Of a stretch of DNA of 64,000 nt, positions 62,086 through 64,000 are shown piece by piece. The position numbers and the translations under genes are program-made. Each line of letters opens with the position of its first letter. The stretch's first letter is position 1. This DNA is from Guillardia theta CCMP2712. Lineage: Eukaryota > Protista > Cryptophyta. The notes under the pieces are model-generated. The model saw nothing but the letters and a program-made list of their open reading frames with translations. It had not been told where the DNA came from and made no database searches. The stretch lies in NCBI RefSeq assembly GCF_000315625.1, contig NW_005434669.1, forward strand, positions 1,049,239 to 1,113,238, in the 5' to 3' direction.

Positions 62086-62625
62086 ATGGAGGGGCATGGT
62101 AGGGGTGAGCGAGGGAGGGAGGAGGGAGGAGGAGGAGGAGGAGGAGGAGGAGGAGGAGGAGGAGGAGGGCAAGACAGTTCAGACATCTTGGTGTTGTTCG
62201 AAGGAGAAGCGTACAACGTCGGAGCATGGGCGGTGGAGCACCCAGGAGGGAGTGAGGTTCTCCGGAGAAATCGAGGGCGGGACATCACAGATGTCTTCAA
62301 GAAGATCGGGTATGTCGCTTGCTCTCCGTGCCTCCTTGTCTCCTCCTCCTGAAACTCATTGCTGCTTTCGCAGGCACTCGGATCGAGCATGGCAGCTTCT
62401 GCAAAGCATGAAGGCACCTGATGTAGCCGCCAGCAAAGTGAAGGCTTCTCAGGAAACGATGGTTCCTCCTCCTCCCGCCTTCGTCTCTCACCAGAAGAAA
62501 ACTTTGCGGTGAGGAAGAGAACTTGTGTGGGCAGGAGATGAGCGTCTTGCTCAGGCCCCCTCCTGTTATGCAGTGATTGCGGTAGAGGAGGAGAAAAAAT
62601 CACCTGGTGCGGAGATGGCGAATGA
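62086..62625 (+). CDS. Small cytochrome b5-like heme-binding domain protein with poly-Gly N-terminus
   Basis: ILVLFEGEAYNVGAWAVEHPGGSEVLRRNRGRDITDVFKKIG/HSDRAWQLL, with both axial His motifs. Confidence 0.85.
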
Positions 62626-62969
62626 GCAAGGGAAGGGGTGGGGAGAGAAGGGGTGAGACAAAGGTGCGAGAGAGCGGGGGAGAGGCAGAGGCAAAGGAAG
62701 AGGAAGAGGCAAAGGAAGAGGAAGACAAAACGAAGACGAAGACGAAGACGAAGACGAAGACGAAGACGAAGGCGAAGACTAAGACGAAGACGAGGAAGAG
62801 GAAGAGGAAGAGGAAGAGGAAGAGGAGGAAGAGGGAAAGAGTTACAGAAGAAAGGGGAGGAGGGAGGAAGCAGCGAAGTGCAGAAAAAAGGTTAAGAAAT
62901 CATTTACTGAGGCTTGACTTCAAACATGTCCATATGTACACAAGTATTAAAAGAATAACAAGACAGGAG

Positions 62970-63419
62970 TTATATCTTTAGCCCATCATGCCTTCCGGGC
63001 CAACTCTCCAGGTTCTCGAAGTCTATCTCCTCTAGTCGCTCAACAACGCGATGGTACTGCGCCTCGAGCTCTGGGAACAAGGTAGAAATTCTCTTCCATA
63101 GAGGTTGTAGGACCTGAGAATAGTTTAAGACGTTTGTACCCTCCACTTCACGTCCCTCATCCTCCCACTTCTCCTCCTGCCCTCGCTCATGAACTTTCCC
63201 CTCTCCCTTCCGCTTTCTTCCTTCTTCCCCCCTCGCTCCTTCCTGCCCTCTCGTTCCTCTCGTCGCTTACGTAGTGCAGGAATCCGAGCTGCGCTTTCGC
63301 CTGTGCCAGCGGCTCATGCAGACCCTGCTCGCGTGATTAATGATTCTCCTCCTCCAGGTTCGATTCTGGACAACAGAGAAGAGAGAGCAACAGGCAGAGG
63401 AGGAGGAGGAGGAGGAGGA

Positions 63420-63458
<39 letters not shown>

Positions 63459-64000
63459 TACCTTCATAAAAGCTGTCTCCGGCAGACTTTCCATGCGTTC
63501 TCGCATCGATTGATTGTGAAACTCTTCCAGCACCTGCACAATTCGTGAGAAGGAAAGTGAGAGAAAGGAGAGAACGTAGCGGTGGAGAAGAAAAGGAGGT
63601 GGGGGGTGGGCACAGGAAGGAGGCAGAGAGGAGAGGAACAGTCTTACTCCTCTTCCAAAGGTGTACGCTACTTCCTTGGGGAGAGACTGGCCCGAGAGAT
63701 CAGACGCATGCACTATCGCCTGCTTGCAGTATTAGCTCCTGCCCACCCTGCACCCGCCTCCTCCTCCCCTTGCCTCCCATCCCCCCCGCCCCCCCCGTTT
63801 CCCCTCCTCTCCCTCCCACTCATTCTGAATCTAACCCTCATCAGCTCCCGTCGATCCTCCGGCTCGTTTGCGTCATACGCTGCTTCAGCAGGACTTGCTA
63901 CATTCATCGCCTTCTTGCCCTGTCGGGACTTGCATTCAACAAGATGTAAAGGAGAGAGGTGGATCGAGGAGACAAGCTTGAGTCGTGGAGAAGAGAGACA
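62970..64000 (-). CDS. Class I cyclic nucleotide phosphodiesterase, 3' part
   Basis: IVHASDLSGQSLP../VLEEFHNQSMRERMESLPETAFMK/GLHEPLAQAKAQLGFLHY/VLQPLWKRISTLFPEL. Confidence 0.88.

Noticed and set aside
41740-64000. Functional signalling cluster (ITPR, two PDZ proteins, PDE)
   Set aside because: These families are commonly large in flagellate genomes and unrelated genes are interspersed, so adjacency is uninformative without synteny or co-expression.

Overview
Eukaryotic, gene-dense nuclear DNA with many short (~45-55 nt) GT-AG introns and longer introns filled with purine or pyrimidine microsatellites. A signal+Phe-transit leader on one gene indicates an alga with a red-derived secondary plastid; the overall style suggests a cryptophyte such as Guillardia (inference). 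I reconstructed about 25 genes by eye across introns, so exon boundaries and some starts are approximate. They include DOHH, a bacterial YitJ-type homocysteine methyltransferase-MTHFR fusion, an OGT/SEC-type GT41 with a signal peptide, a tandem-PAS protein, four RWP-RK factors, a secreted LysM protein, a thylakoid-lumen protein, an IP3-receptor-like channel, a protein resembling a chlamydial domain, two PDZ proteins, Cactin, a cytochrome b5-domain protein and a class I phosphodiesterase. Most notable: (1) a dead duplicate of the GT41 5' end is inflated by locally templated palindromic and tandem micro-insertions, a process that could explain the CCGG/GTAC/CAGTG-rich intergenic blocks across the window; (2) three RWP-RK genes at ~2 kb spacing share a 140-bp identical DNA-binding cassette with mosaic flanks. 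No rRNA, tRNA, CRISPR array or recognisable transposase was seen.
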